From Hyaloraphidium curvatum SAG 235-1 (lineage: Eukaryota; Fungi; Monoblepharomycota), in assembly GCA_025558095.1 (NCBI GenBank), contig JAIVFI010000013.1, forward strand, positions 695,492 to 759,491: 64,000 nt of DNA, in the 5' to 3' direction. The position numbers and the translations under genes are program-made. The notes beneath the pieces are model-generated. The model had not been told where the DNA came from. It made no database searches and worked only from the letters and a program-made list of their open reading frames with translations. Shown here piece by piece: positions 33,617 to 45,358 of this stretch (its first letter is position 1; every line of letters starts with the position of its first letter).

Positions 33617-35228
33617 ATGCTCTTCCACGAGCTGCCCGCCGAGGCGCTGCTCCATCTGATTCAGACCTTCTTGGGCCCCGAAGATGCTTTTTTCCTCCGG
33701 CTGGCGTGCAGCGCGCTCCGGCCCGTCGCGACGGCCGCGTTTCCCTCCTGGGTGTCCCGCGCGCTGCTGGAGGAGCGGGACGCTCGGAAGGCTTACGATG
33801 CCTCTACCGAACGGTTTGGATACAAAGTCATGTCGCCCGAAGCGATGGGCGGCGTGGTCCGCGCCGGCGGTGCAGCCGACCCCGAGTGCCGAGTCCTCAT
33901 CGAGATGTGTTGGCACGTCCTGCGCCGGCCGGAACTTCGTTAGCGGCGGCCACTAGCGAATGTTGAAGCAGATGTGCAAGATTATCCAAGGCTTGCCGAC
34001 TTTCTTCGTGGTCTGCGTCTGCCCGCGCCCTTTCTCGGTCGGCTGCTTGACACCGGTCCTCTGCCTAACATGATCAGTACCGTCAACGACATCCGCGTCA
34101 TCCAGCGGTTTCTTTCTGATCTGGGTGTACCGGCATCGGAGCTCGTGGATCTTGTTTTGGGCTTGAACTCGTTTCGCGTTGAACAGCGATCTGCGGTGGT
34201 CAGCTTGATCGAGGATTGGAGTGGAGGGGATCCTTTTAGGGACAACACCGCCCGGCTGCTTTCGGGGCTGGATTACGACGACCGAGAGCGCCGCTCATTG
34301 GAAGACCAGCTTCTTGAGCTTCTGGAATTTGCTCGGCGCATTGGCCGGAATCCTCCCGACACGTTCGTTTCCCGGTCAGCCCATCTGCGCCTCGGATATT
34401 CGCTGCGAGACGGCGCCGAAGGGGTGAACGAAGTGGAATCCAAAGATATCTTGGAGAACCTGCTTTCGGGGCGCCGGCTGGCTTCTTACTTGGCTCTTAG
34501 TGAACTACGGACCGCACGAGCTGGCACCGATTTTTCAGCCCCCTGGCCTGAAACGACGTGGTTTCTGAGCGACCTTGGACACCTCCTCTTCGAACTGAAG
34601 TACATCAGTCGCTGCCAACCCTCCTTTGGTGCTCAGCTTTACGTCGAAATATTCGAACCCCACTGGAAAAGTGGGGTCAAGCACGGAGATGCCGAGGATC
34701 TCGCGGATGCTGTGTGGTACATGAGCAGGGAGCTTTGGGTTCGCAGTGAGAGGCCGTGACCTCGGGGTCCTGCTCGAGGTCGTCCTCGGCGACCCGCGTT
34801 TTAGTCTCCACGCTCCAGAAGTCACGGGCTTCATGACGGCCGTGGTGCTAGATGACTGCTACTTGGAGGACTGGCTCAAGCCGCTGTCTGCCCGGTTGGT
34901 GTCAAGTGCGGACGTCGCGGTGCGGTTCACAGTCGGAAAGGCGCTCCACCGGAACGTGGCAGGGCGGCGTCCGAACACCCTTCATTGGGAACATGCGAGA
35001 GACGAAGAGCGGGGAGCCGCTGGACGGGCGCTCCGGAAGCTCGATCGATCTTCCGTGGAGGCAGCGCGGGTCCTTGGCGATTTTGGCCACCCCGCACAAA
35101 GGGTAGACGGCGCTGGCGGAGTGGAGAGCCAAGATGATGGGGTGTCGGCGCTGGAAAGGGTGTTGGATGCTGCCGTGGGAAGGCTGGACGAGCTTTTCTT
35201 CGAGATGGTCGACAATATCGACGACTAG
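33617..35228 (+). CDS. F-box-like protein, possibly frameshifted
   Basis: MLFHELPAEALLHLIQTFLGPEDAFFLRLACSALR is F-box-like. Probable intron near 33940-33980. The frame changes near 34745-34760 with no clear intron. GC content looks lower than in neighbouring genes. Confidence 0.6.
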
Positions 35229-35291
35229 AGAGAAGGGAGATATGGGACAGAGAGAGAGAGATAGAAGGAGAGGGATCGAAGTAGACGCTCG

Positions 35292-36512
35292 TCAACCAGC
35301 CGCAGCTCGACATCGCCGGCCCTCGATCGCCGCCGCAACGTCGTGCAGCATCCCGAACGTCGCCATCTCCATCGCCTCGTCCTCGAACACGGGCCAGCTC
35401 GACAGCTTAACCGCCACCATCCGGTGCCTCCAGTTGATCCAGATCAGCTGTCCGAAGATCCCAACGCACATGAGCGTCCGGTCTCCGTCGTCCTCGATCC
35501 AGAACTGGTTCTTGTAGGAGGCGGTCGGCAGCCCAGGCCAGTACTCGGGCCCGTGGTGCCCACCGTCCCGCGCGGCGTCGATCCACGCCTTCGGCACGAC
35601 CGACCCGCCGCCGTCGAGCAGGAGCTGGCCGAACCGCGCGTAGTCCCGCAGGGTGGCGTTGAACCCGCCGCATGCCAGCGCGTAGCCGGCGGGGTCGACG
35701 GTGAAGCTCGCGCTCTCCTCGGCCCCGATCCTGCTCCAGATCTCGTCCGAGAGGAGCTGCGGCAGGCGCTTGCCCGAGACGTGCTCCAAGATGAAGGCGA
35801 TCACGTCGGTCTCGATGGAGCGGTAGTCGAACGCGGAACCGTGCGGGCGGTCGAGCGTCCTGAGGCGGAGGACGAGCTCCCACATGTGCTCGGGAAAGTC
35901 TTTCGCGCCGGCCGGTCGAGGTTTCCAGCCGCACGCCACGTCCATCATGCCGACCTCGGAGTACGGATCCGAGTAGTCTTCGCTAAAATGCACGCCGCTG
36001 CGCATGTCGAGCAGGTCCTGCAACGTCGCACCCGCGTAGGCGGTCGCCTCCAGCTCGGGGAGGTAGTCCGTGACCAACCCCGACGGATCGAGCAACCCGC
36101 GCGAGGCGAGGATGCCGACGAGCGCGCCGACCATCGACTTCGACACCGACTCCGAAAGATGCGGCGTGCGCGGGCCCATGCCGTTCAGGTATCGCTCGTA
36201 GACGATCGTTCCTTCGTGCAGGACGACGAAGCCATCTGTGAACGTATCTTCCAGCAGCCCGTGGAGCGTCGTCCGAGCCCCGTCACATCCCGAAACCGGC
36301 AATTCATCGAGGTCAACTTCAGCACGCGGCAAGTGCCGCACGGGGCCGTCCCCGCGCCAGACTTCTGCCGTCGGGAGCAGTTCGCGGACGTGCTGGAAGG
36401 ACCACCGGTTCCACGGCGCGCGATCCCACTCGGTGCGCGGGACGATCGGCTGCGGTGGAGCGACATGCTTGGCTTTCGGCAAGCGCGGGTCCACGGTGCC
36501 GCACGATGGCAT
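35292..36512 (-). CDS. Beta-lactamase-family serine hydrolase (6-aminohexanoate-dimer hydrolase NylB-like), intronless
   Basis: WDRAPWNRWSFQHVRELLPT, HLSESVSKS (SxxK), LLDMRSG, FDYRSIETD, LRDYARFG, YKNQFW, GIFGQ. Confidence 0.9.
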   Translation of the reverse strand: MPSCGTVDPRLPKAKHVAPPQPIVPRTEWDRAPWNRWSFQHVRELLPTAEVWRGDGPVRHLPRAEVDLDELPVSGCDGARTTLHGLLEDTFTDGFVVLHEGTIVYERYLNGMGPRTPHLSESVSKSMVGALVGILASRGLLDPSGLVTDYLPELEATAYAGATLQDLLDMRSGVHFSEDYSDPYSEVGMMDVACGWKPRPAGAKDFPEHMWELVLRLRTLDRPHGSAFDYRSIETDVIAFILEHVSGKRLPQLLSDEIWSRIGAEESASFTVDPAGYALACGGFNATLRDYARFGQLLLDGGGSVVPKAWIDAARDGGHHGPEYWPGLPTASYKNQFWIEDDGDRTLMCVGIFGQLIWINWRHRMVAVKLSSWPVFEDEAMEMATFGMLHDVAAAIEGRRCRAAAG

Positions 36513-36658
36513 GTCGGACGCGTGTTTTCCGAGCGCTGAGCGTACGCGGGTCCCCAGCTTTGGCAATCCCGCCCGGAAAGAACACCCCCCATCGCCGCAT
36601 TCAGGTCTACTCGCAGTGTCCTCCGCTGAGGACGCGCTATTTGCTCTCCTGATTGGCA

Positions 36659-38258
36659 ATGGCCGGTGGGGACGCGCCTCCCCTGCCCCATGGGCCTCCC
36701 CCGCCGCACTGGCTCCTGCGGCGACCCGCGCCCAAGTTCCTGCGTTCCAAGCACTTTATGACCGCATGCTACTCGCTGGCGCTCTTCGTCGATGCCGCAG
36801 CTTTCGGCATCGTCATCCCGATCCTGCCCAACCTCACCGTGGAGGGCGTGGACGGCGAGGTGCCGCTCTCGGAGACGGACGTCGGCGGGCTGTTCGCGGC
36901 CTACGCGGCGGGATACCTCGCGCCCTCGCCCTTCGTGGGCTTCTTCTCGGACAAATACCGGGTGCGCGTGGTGCCGATGTGCCTGGGCCTGGTGGCGCTG
37001 GCCGGGTCGTCGGTCCTTTTCGGGACCGCGTCGGGGCTCCCCGCGCTCTACGCCGCCCGCGTGCTGCAGGGCATTTCCTGCGCCGCCACGTGGACCGTGG
37101 CCGTCGCCGCGCTCGCGGACGTGTTCACATCGGACGAGCTCTCGGGCCCGTCGTCGATCGGCAAGGCCTGCAACACAATCGGGTTCCTGGTTGGCCCGGT
37201 GATGGGCGGCGGCGCGTACCAGATGGCCGGGCAGCTGGCGCCGTTTGCCATCCTCGCGGGGCTCGTGGGACTGGACCTGCTGCTGTGGCTGCTGCTGGAC
37301 CTCGAGGGGGCCAAGCGGGACGCCGCCGTGGAGAGGCACCGCCGCAGGTCGAGGAAGAAGCCGCCGAGAGAGAGGGAGTCGGAGGGCGCGCTGCCCTCGG
37401 AGACCATCCAGATGCTGGGCAAAGGATCGCGGACAAAGGAGGACGAGGAGCGGGCCGCGTCGGAAGACGGGGACAGCGTCCTGTCGGACGATCTCGCGCT
37501 CGTGGCATCGCCGGACGACGAACCTGTCTCTGCCGTCGCGATTTTGAAGCTGTGGCTTCGACCTGAGGCGCTGCTCATCTTCTTCTCCTCTATGCTGTGC
37601 TCGATGCAGTTCGCGTGGGTTCCCGTCTGTCAATCTTGCCGCCCGCAGTCAACTGACGGGTCCCCGAACAATCAGAACCATAGAATCGGCCGGCTCGGTC
37701 GAACTAACCAACTCCTTCGACATGACCCCCGCCGCGGTCGGCGCCGTCTTCACCGCCCTCTTCCTCCCCAATGCCCTCGCCGGTCTCCTCATGGGCTTCA
37801 TCCTCGACGCCTTCCCTCGGAGCCTGGTCCGGCGCCTCATTTCTGCCCTTGGCCTGGTGTTCTTCGGCGCCTCCTTTTGGCTCCTCAACACCGTTCGGCC
37901 CCCGACCTCGGGCTACCTCATGGCCCTCCCCGCCGCCGTCCTTGGCACCGCCGAGGCCGTATCGGACCTTCCCATATACGCCGAGATCGCAGCCATCGCC
38001 GACGCCCACGGCCCCGGGACGGGGTACGGCACCCTGTATTCGGCATGGAACCTCTTCTACGGCGTGGGGATCCTGGTCGGGCCTGTGGCGGCGGGGTTCG
38101 CGGTGCAGCAGAGGGGGTTCGAGTTCATGGTGTGGGTGATCGGCGGGGTGACGGCCGCATTCGGGTTGGTGGCGGCTTCAGGGTTCACGGTGCTGCCCGA
38201 GGCGAACCCGAAGATCCAGGACGGAGCGGATGGGGCAGAGCGGGAGCTGGAGCGATGA
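36659..38258 (+). CDS. MFS transporter (vesicular amine transporter-like)
   Basis: FGIVIPILP, GFFSDKYRVR, ARVLQGIS, GFLVGPVMGG; about 12 TM segments; one intron near 37616-37675. Confidence 0.88.
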
Positions 38259-38371
38259 TCTCGATCCGGAGGCGCTATCTATCCAATCCCGCTCTCCCCG
38301 TCGCACGGTGCAATACAGTACATAGGCAGTCGTGTTCGATCATCCGCGTTGCGGCATTTTGGTGATCCCGT

Positions 38372-39311
38372 TCAGAGCATGAGGACCAGCGAAGCGACGG
38401 CGACGGCCGCCATCACTCCCATCCCGACAACCGACTTCCCCGCCCCGCCGATCTTCGTGCACGCTGCCACCCGGACGGGGTCAGCCCACCTCTCCGCAAC
38501 GACGGATGATCATCCAACCCACCTCCGAGCAGGCTCACCCCGACGGTCCCGTTGAGCGGTGCCTTGCAGGTTCCATCCAGGGCGACGGTCAAATTGAAGG
38601 TCTGGCTGCAGTTCCTGTCCAGGAAGACCGAGATGCTCCCCGGGCTCGAGGCGCACGAGGCGCGGCCCCAGACGGGGACGGCGCCGCCGGTAAGGGCAGA
38701 GACGTCCGCGCAGGAGCCGTCGCGGATGGACTGGAGGGCGATGACGCCCGAGGCGTTGCAGGCGGTCCCGGCGGAGACGGTGCCCTGGGCAAAGGTGCCA
38801 GAGGTGCCTGGATGGGAACGTCAGATCAGAGGGCGGAGGAGACGAAGCTCGTCGGGTACACACCAGTAGGGTACGCGTATGAGCCGCTGGGGAGGCAACT
38901 GGCCATGGTGTCGGAGATGCAGCGGCCGACAATCTCAGTGATGTTGCTCAGGCTACAGTTAACACCGGGGAACGGCCTGATGGCAAGAGCTGCGGGCCGT
39001 ATCAGCGGGTGAGGCGCACAGGGAGGCATCCATGCCGCGACGAACCTTGCACCTGGCCTGTAACAGTCGTCACGCGATGGAACGCGCGGGCGAAGTTCCA
39101 CGACGACAGAGCGGCCAGGCAGCGGCGGAAAGGTCGGAATCGCGATCAGGGCGACGGTTCCAACACCCCGACAGCAGACCAGCGACGACCCACCGGTGCA
39201 GTTGGTGCCGCTGCTGTAGGACGCGACCTGGACGAAAACGTCGCCGCGCGCCGGGGCGACGGCGAGCGCGAGGACCGCCAGCGCGACGAGGGCAGTGAAG
39301 CGGACGGTCAT
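38372..39311 (-). CDS. Small secreted Cys-containing protein, possibly GPI-anchored
   Basis: Signal MTVRFTALVALAVLALA; several introns; hydrophobic tail VVGMGVMAAVAVASLVLML*. Confidence 0.7.
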
Positions 39312-39580
39312 CGCGACGGAGCTGGGAGCTGGGGGCGGGCGCGTTGGAAGTGTCGGTCCGCGCGTCGAGTGGCGTCGAGGTGAGTCCGTGAGGGACGACG
39401 AGTCACAACCCCAAGACGCCCAGTCGGGGCTTCGACCGGGGCTGGTGGGCCAGACCCCAAACCCGGGTTTCGGCCGCGGTCGAGTGAAAGACGGAGAACC
39501 CAGGTTCAGCAGCGAAGCAGGATCTGAACTCCGGTGCAAGCTATGCGGCTCCGAAAGGGATGTGGGTTGAATGGACTACA

Positions 39581-39987
39581 GCTTTTCGGGAGAAAGGATA
39601 CCGATTTCAATGTCTGACGGATCTAATGCGCATGAACGGCTACAGTACATCAGGCCGCATCGGCGGCCGCCGGAAATCGGTATCCTTTCTCCCTAAAAGC
39701 GGTATAGATGGCCGCGTTGCCCTTCATGCAGGCCACTGAAAGGCGTTGGCGGGCGCGGCACATAAAGAGTGCGCGCAAGCCATCGATATCGTCCTCGTTG
39801 GCGTACTTGATGTGCGCAATCTTCTTGATGAGGCGCTCGGCATCCTCGTTGGACACTCCGTACCTCTCCATGATGGCCGGAACAAGGCGCGAGGGTCCGA
39901 CCAAACTGAGTTGCCATCCAGCTTCCGGTGGCCGCCGATGCGGCCTAATGTACTGTAGACGTTCACGCGCATTAGATCCGTCAGACA
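39581..39987. repeat. Nested inverted repeats A-B-A'-spacer-B'
   Basis: A (39581-39608) is the reverse complement of 39673-39700 at 27/28 identity. B (39611-39675) is the reverse complement of 39923-39987 at 61/65 identity. Confidence 0.85.
39673..39922 (-). mobile_element. 3'-terminal relic of a CRE-like (RLE) non-LTR retrotransposon ORF
   Basis: LVPAIMERYG...LIKKIA...FMCRARQRLSVACMKGNAAIY matches the P..E..G ... QRLSVA..(R/K)GNA C-terminus typical of CRE-clade ORFs. Confidence 0.65.
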
Positions 39988-40506
39988 CGGAATGGACTGC
40001 CACTCCCGCCATTCCCATGGCAGCTCAGCTACGCTCGCGGCCCCGTCCTTGCAGTCGAGCTGGATCTGCCGCAAAAACGCTTAGCACCGAATGACGTAGA
40101 ATGAGCGGCGGTTCCGCTTCGAGCTTCCCAAGGCCGAGATCAGGCGGGGAGCGTTGGCTCCCCACAGCTGCAGAGCGGTCCTCGGGGAAGTCAAGCTTGA
40201 CAGGGACGCCGCCACGCGGCGCATGGCCCAGTGCCGGCCGAAAGGCGGGCGGACGATTTATGAGGACTCCGAATGAAGGGAATTCGATGGAGGAGATCTC
40301 CGGCCGCCCTACTTTTGCGAGCGCCATCGGTCGGGGATGCTTGACAGGGACGTGCTCATTCGTTCTCGACGAGGCTCAGGATACTCGATCCAGCGCTGTT
40401 CGACGCGCAGAGCCTCCAGGCCGAGGACGAGATCCTGCATCTCCGAGTTTTGGAAGGCGAGCGCATCAACGTTCAAACTGACCCTCTAGAGAGGAGCTCG
40501 AACGGC

Positions 40507-40703
40507 CTAGTCCTCGAACGCCTTCAGGTCGTCCCGCTCCTCGAGCAGAGTCCGGTCGACCCAGGAAAGGAACGCGGTCGTCGTGATTGGGCGGAACGCC
40601 CGGCGAGCGAGCTGCAGGAAGTCAACAAGGCATCGTCGTTCGGGCCGATAAAGATCTCGGCGATGTGGAGGAGCGTCCCCTGGGGCACCTCGTAGAGGAG
40701 CAT
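40507..40703 (-). pseudogene. Truncated F-box gene fragment related to 33617-35228
   Basis: MLLYEVPQGTLLHIAEIFIGPND, a frameshift, then FLQLARRAFRPITTTAFLSWVDRTLLEERD...* parallels FLRLACSALRPVATAAFPSWVSRALLEERD. Confidence 0.75.
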
Positions 40704-40835
40704 TGCGGCGGCGATGGATAAGCAAAAGTGGGGGATCGACGATTGAGATGGGGACCCTGCGCCAAGGCGTCGAATCCTCCGTGGAAAGTCCGGGCCGGCC
40801 CCCGGAAATCCGTCTCCGTGAAGGCAATTTGAGAC

Positions 40836-42948
40836 ATGGCGGACAACGGCACCGCACCAGTCGACGACGCCGACGTCCTGGTCATCGGAGGCGGCTTCGC
40901 GGGCATTCTCGTTTCGCACCAGGTCGGCGGGTCGCATTTCCGGGATCAATATGCCGGCTGATTGTTGGAACGGTGTCATCGCCCGACAGCTCAAGAACCT
41001 GGACGGGAAGCGGGTGGTGACCTTCGAGCGGGCCGAGGAACCGGGCGGTACGGTGGGAACGTGGTCCGGGGCTCGGTTTCAGACGAGACGCGACTGACGT
41101 GCTTCGCTGTGGCAAACCGTTCCGGCCCCCGCTTCGGCGCTGCGGTCTCGTAGTGGTACTGGAATCGCTAGTGGGTGCTCTTCTCGATCTCCCCGGTCTT
41201 CCCCGGTATTGACAGCCTGCAGCCCCGGCGCCCGCGTTGACCACCCCTCGAGGGACTACTCCTACAAATTTGACCGCGACCTTTACCAAGACTTTGATTG
41301 GAACGAGGTTTACAGCACGCAACCCGAGCTCCTGCGGTACATCCGCTACGTCGTGGACCGCTGGGGCCTGAAGGACACGATCAGCACGCATTCGACCGTT
41401 GTAGAGGCCGCCTGGGACGACGAAGGCAAGGTCTGGACGCTCAGGGTGGAGCACGCCCCGCCGGATGGGATGACCGAGACGCGGGAGTACTCGGCAAAGT
41501 ACCTGATCGCCGCCACGGGGTGCCTCTCGAACCCGCAGCCTCCCCCGTTCGAGGGCCTCGACACCTTCAAGGCGCAGTACTTCCACACGGCCGCGTGGCC
41601 CAAGGAGGGCGTCGACTTCACCGGCAAGCGCGTCGCGGTGGTTGGCACCGGCTCCAGCGGCGTGCAGAGCATCCCCATCATTGCCGAGCAGGCCGACAAG
41701 CTGACAGTGTTCATGCGGACGCCGATGTACACCACCCCGGCGTACAACAGGAAACTGACCAAGGAGGAGGACGACAGGAACAAGGCCGAGTACGAGGGGA
41801 TCCGCGCGAGGGCGAGGGCATCGGCCGGGGGGGCCGAGACGATGCCGACGCCGGACGAGGCGTTCGCCGACTTTACGCCCGAGGAGCTGGAGGCGCATCT
41901 GGAGAAGCTGTGGCAGAAGGGCGGATTCGTGCTCTACACCTGCTTCAAGGTTCGCAATGCGTGTGCTATCCCTTCCGCTCGCTCTCACGGAGGCCCCACG
42001 CGGTTCTCGCAGGACTTCATCACGAACCCGGAAGCCTCGGCCTACCTCCAAGCCTGGTTCCACCGCAAGATCGACAGCATCGTCAAAGACAAGGCCGTCG
42101 CGGACCTGCTCAAGCCCGACTACCCCTTCGGATGCAAGCGCGCCTGCGTCGACACCGGCTACTACGCCACGTACAACCGGCCCAACGTCGAGCTCGTCTC
42201 CATCGCAGGGACCAAGATCGCCAAGGTCGGCGGGGAGGACGGGAAGATCGTGCTGCAGGACGGCAGGGAGTTCGGGCCGTTCGACGCGGTGGTGCTCGCG
42301 ATCGGGTTCGACGCCATGACGGGGTCGATCCTCAAGATCAACATCAGGGGGAGGGACGGGGTGACGATCCAGGAGGCGTGGAAGGCGGGGCCGGCGACCT
42401 ACCTGGGGCTGTTGGTCAGCAAGTTCCCGAACAGTGGGTCGCGCGGCTGCGGTTCGCAAGAGGTCCTCGCTGAAGATATATCGACGCCAGTGTTCATCAT
42501 GGCCGGGCCGGGATCGCCGAGCGTGCTCACCAACATGCTCACGTCGATCGAGCAGCAGCGCGTCCGCTGGCGTCCTGCGCCCCAGTGGATTCTGACGGCA
42601 GTTGTACCCGACGCAGCGTGGACTGGATCTCGACCACCATCAAGGACCTCGACGCCAAGGGCGTCAAGTCCATCGAAGCCACCGAGGCCGCCCAACAGGA
42701 CTGGGTCGCCCTGGGCAACTCGATCCCGGACCAGACGTTCTATCCCAAGTGCGCTTCGGTACGTCCCTCTTGCCTGCCGCCGCTCCATCTCCGCCCCGTC
42801 TGATTGATACCCGTAGTGGTACCTCGGCGCCAACATCCCGGGCAAGCCGCAGATCTTCATGCTCTTTGCCGGCGGGCTGCCCATGTACGAGGAGACGTGC
42901 AACAGGATGGGGGAGGACGGGTACTCGGGCTGCATTCTCGTGAAGTAG
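40836..42948 (+). CDS. Baeyer-Villiger monooxygenase (cyclohexanone/phenylacetone monooxygenase-like)
   Basis: VLVIGGGFAG, GGT|WYWNRY|PG (17-nt microexon), ATGCLS, FKAQYFHTAAWP fingerprint, VVGTGSSG, GCKR, SWYLGANIPGKP; about 7 introns. Confidence 0.93.
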
Positions 42949-43245
42949 TTGACTCGAATGCTTTTGATGTAGATACTTCATTGAAGATCCTGGTTGGCCT
43001 ACGCTCAAGCAGTCTCGTTCGCCGCCCTCGATTGCTCCGGAGGCACGTGAAGGCCCGAATCACTGCCCTACACCCCCGGACCTCGACTCATTCCTTCTAA
43101 ATAACGTCACCCTGCGAAGTGAAGCCCTTGCGTGCTCGATTGGGCGGCTCGTGTGGTTGAGATCCGGCGTTGGTCCGTGCTGGCGGCCAGACGGGCCCCG
43201 GGCGGCGGAGCATCGCAAGCTCTCAACACCCTCCCTTCCCGCATC

Positions 43246-44652
43246 ATGGCCTCCGCACCGCCTCCCCCGTCGGGCGAGGCATTGCGGCAGCTGGAGGAGT
43301 ACCGCGAGCAGCAGCGGCGGCGCGAGCGGGGCGAGTCGCCCGCGCCGCAGCGCCGCACGCCCGAGCCGTCCGCGCCGCCCGCGTCGCTCGCGGGCCCCGA
43401 AGCCTCGAGGGCGGAACAGCCCGGCTCGATGTCGCTGTACGAGGAGATGCTCGCGCACCAGCGCATGCTCGACGAGGCGGGCGTGTCGGACGAGGAGCTG
43501 GTCGGCCGGCTGGGCGCGGAGGGTCCGAACCCGGAAGCGGCAGCACGAACCGCCCCGGCGCCGCAGAGGAGCCCCCCAGCGGACCCCCCGGTCTCGCTGC
43601 CCGGCGGCTTCCCCATGTCGCCGACCGACGGGCCTACGCCCACCTCGGCCGCCCCCGCCCCCGAGCCCGGGCCCGCGCCCAGCGCCGCCTCGGCGCTCTT
43701 CGACGGCGTGCGCTCCGCTTTGGGGTATTTCCTCCCCTCGGTTTTCGGACAGCAGGTGGAGGAGCAGCGGCAGGCGGGTCGGCCTCCCCAGCTGGCTCGG
43801 ATCAACTCGGACGTGCGGGACCGGCTGGAGTACGACATGGTGTCGCCGAGCGAGGCGCGGGATTACCGACCCGTCGACCCGTCTTCCGAGTACCAGGTTG
43901 GCACAACCCTGACGCCCGTTCCCAGTCTGGAGAAGCTCACCCATCTCGCCCTCCAGGACTACTACGGCCTCCCCCCGCCCCCCTCCCCCGTTCGGCCCCC
44001 TTTCCAGTTCTCCGTCACCTACGGCCCCCGCCCGCCCTTCCCCCTCTTCGGTGACCCCTTTGCCCGCCCCACCATGGGCTTCCCCTTCCCCGACTTCGAC
44101 GCGCCGCCGTTCCCGACCGCCCCCGGCGCGTTCAGGCAGTACCCCCCACCCCCCGGCCCCCCGCCGGACCTCTTCTCCCTCCTCGGTTTCCCTCCCGGGT
44201 TCGGGCCCGCGTTCGGCATCCCCGCGCACGATCCGAGCGATCCGGTGGCGCAGAGGGTCGCGCAGGGGATGCCGGCGAGCTACGAGGAGCTGATGAGCCT
44301 GGCCGAGAGGATGGGCGGCGGAGGGCCGAGGGGGGCGAGCAGGGAGGTGATCGACGGGCTGCCGAGGGTGCCCGCACCGGCGGCGGCGGCGCAGAGCAAG
44401 GGGAAGGAGAAGCCCGGCGGGGAGGGCGGATCCGCGTCTGCTTCGGGTGGTTCCTCGTCGTCGTCGGCGGGTGGAGCAGCAGGCAGCGAGGAACGGCAGA
44501 CGTCGTGCCCCGTGTGCCTGGGCGCGTTCGGGGAGGAGCCGGGGGAGCAGCTTGTGGTGCTGCCAAAGTGCCTGCACAAGTACCATGAACCTTGTGCTAT
44601 CGCAGCGTTGGAGAGGGATAGGAGGTGCCCGGTTTGCAGGGTGGACGTGTAG
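43246..44652 (+). CDS. RING-H2 E3 ubiquitin ligase
   Basis: SYEELMSLAERMG...GASREVIDGLP and CPVCL...LPKCLHKYHEPC...CPVCR. Confidence 0.88.
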   Translation: MASAPPPPSGEALRQLEEYREQQRRRERGESPAPQRRTPEPSAPPASLAGPEASRAEQPGSMSLYEEMLAHQRMLDEAGVSDEELVGRLGAEGPNPEAAARTAPAPQRSPPADPPVSLPGGFPMSPTDGPTPTSAAPAPEPGPAPSAASALFDGVRSALGYFLPSVFGQQVEEQRQAGRPPQLARINSDVRDRLEYDMVSPSEARDYRPVDPSSEYQVGTTLTPVPSLEKLTHLALQDYYGLPPPPSPVRPPFQFSVTYGPRPPFPLFGDPFARPTMGFPFPDFDAPPFPTAPGAFRQYPPPPGPPPDLFSLLGFPPGFGPAFGIPAHDPSDPVAQRVAQGMPASYEELMSLAERMGGGGPRGASREVIDGLPRVPAPAAAAQSKGKEKPGGEGGSASASGGSSSSSAGGAAGSEERQTSCPVCLGAFGEEPGEQLVVLPKCLHKYHEPCAIAALERDRRCPVCRVDV

Positions 44653-44716
44653 ATCGAACATTGTACTGTTGGAAGATTCGATGGATCGATGACGACTTGC
44701 TTTCACCATGAACCTC

Positions 44717-44968
44717 CTAGCTGCTAAATCCCGCAACGAGCTCCACGAAACCGTCGTCCAAGGTGTCCACCGCGTAGTCCACGGCCCTCTGTAGCGCGCG
44801 CACGCGATTCGCTGCCGGGAGCGCCTCCAGCCTCGCGGGGTCCGTGCGGCCGTCGCGGCGGGGCGGAGGGCGCGGCACGCCAGCCGCAGGAAGAAGGCAT
44901 CCTCGGCGCCCAAGTAGTTCTCGGCGAATGAGCAGCAGCATTTACGGTGGCAGCTCGTGGAGCAGCAT
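44717..44968 (-). pseudogene. Internally deleted F-box gene relic
   Basis: MLLHELPP*, then ENYLGAEDAFFLRLACRALRPAATAA, joined to RVRALQRAVDYAVDTLDDGFVELV. The last part resembles the C-terminus of 33617-35228 (SALERVLDAAVGRLDELFFEMV). Confidence 0.75.
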
Positions 44969-45358
44969 CGCGGCGGTGGGGAAGGTAAACAAATGGACGC
45001 GCCGGAGGGCACCTGTGGCCGTGGCGGGCTCGACCGACAACTCGAAACCCCACAGACGAGAATAAAGGAAAAGAAGCAAGGACGTCCCACATGCAGCAGA
45101 TGTCGTCTGATTTAGTGCAACTTGCTACGGCAGTCCAGCGGGGAACCGTATGTCCAGCGTAGGTAGTAGCGGATCCGATTTCATCTCATTGCGCCGCACC
45201 GCACAAATCAATCCCCCACCAGATCCATTCTTCAATAATCGGTGCGGCGAGGCGTCGGGGCATCGCAGCGGGTAATCCTTTTTGGGGGACGTGCGGCAGG
45301 GCGGTGCAGCGCCGAAGACGGCGGCGGCGTCACTCCGCAAAACCCGGCCCGGCAAGGA

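Noticed and set aside
8737-42948. Nylon/cyclohexanone degradation pathway (amidase, NylB-like hydrolase, BVMO)
   Set aside because: The genes are scattered over 34 kb and belong to broad-specificity families. The amidase looks IaaH-like rather than NylA-like.
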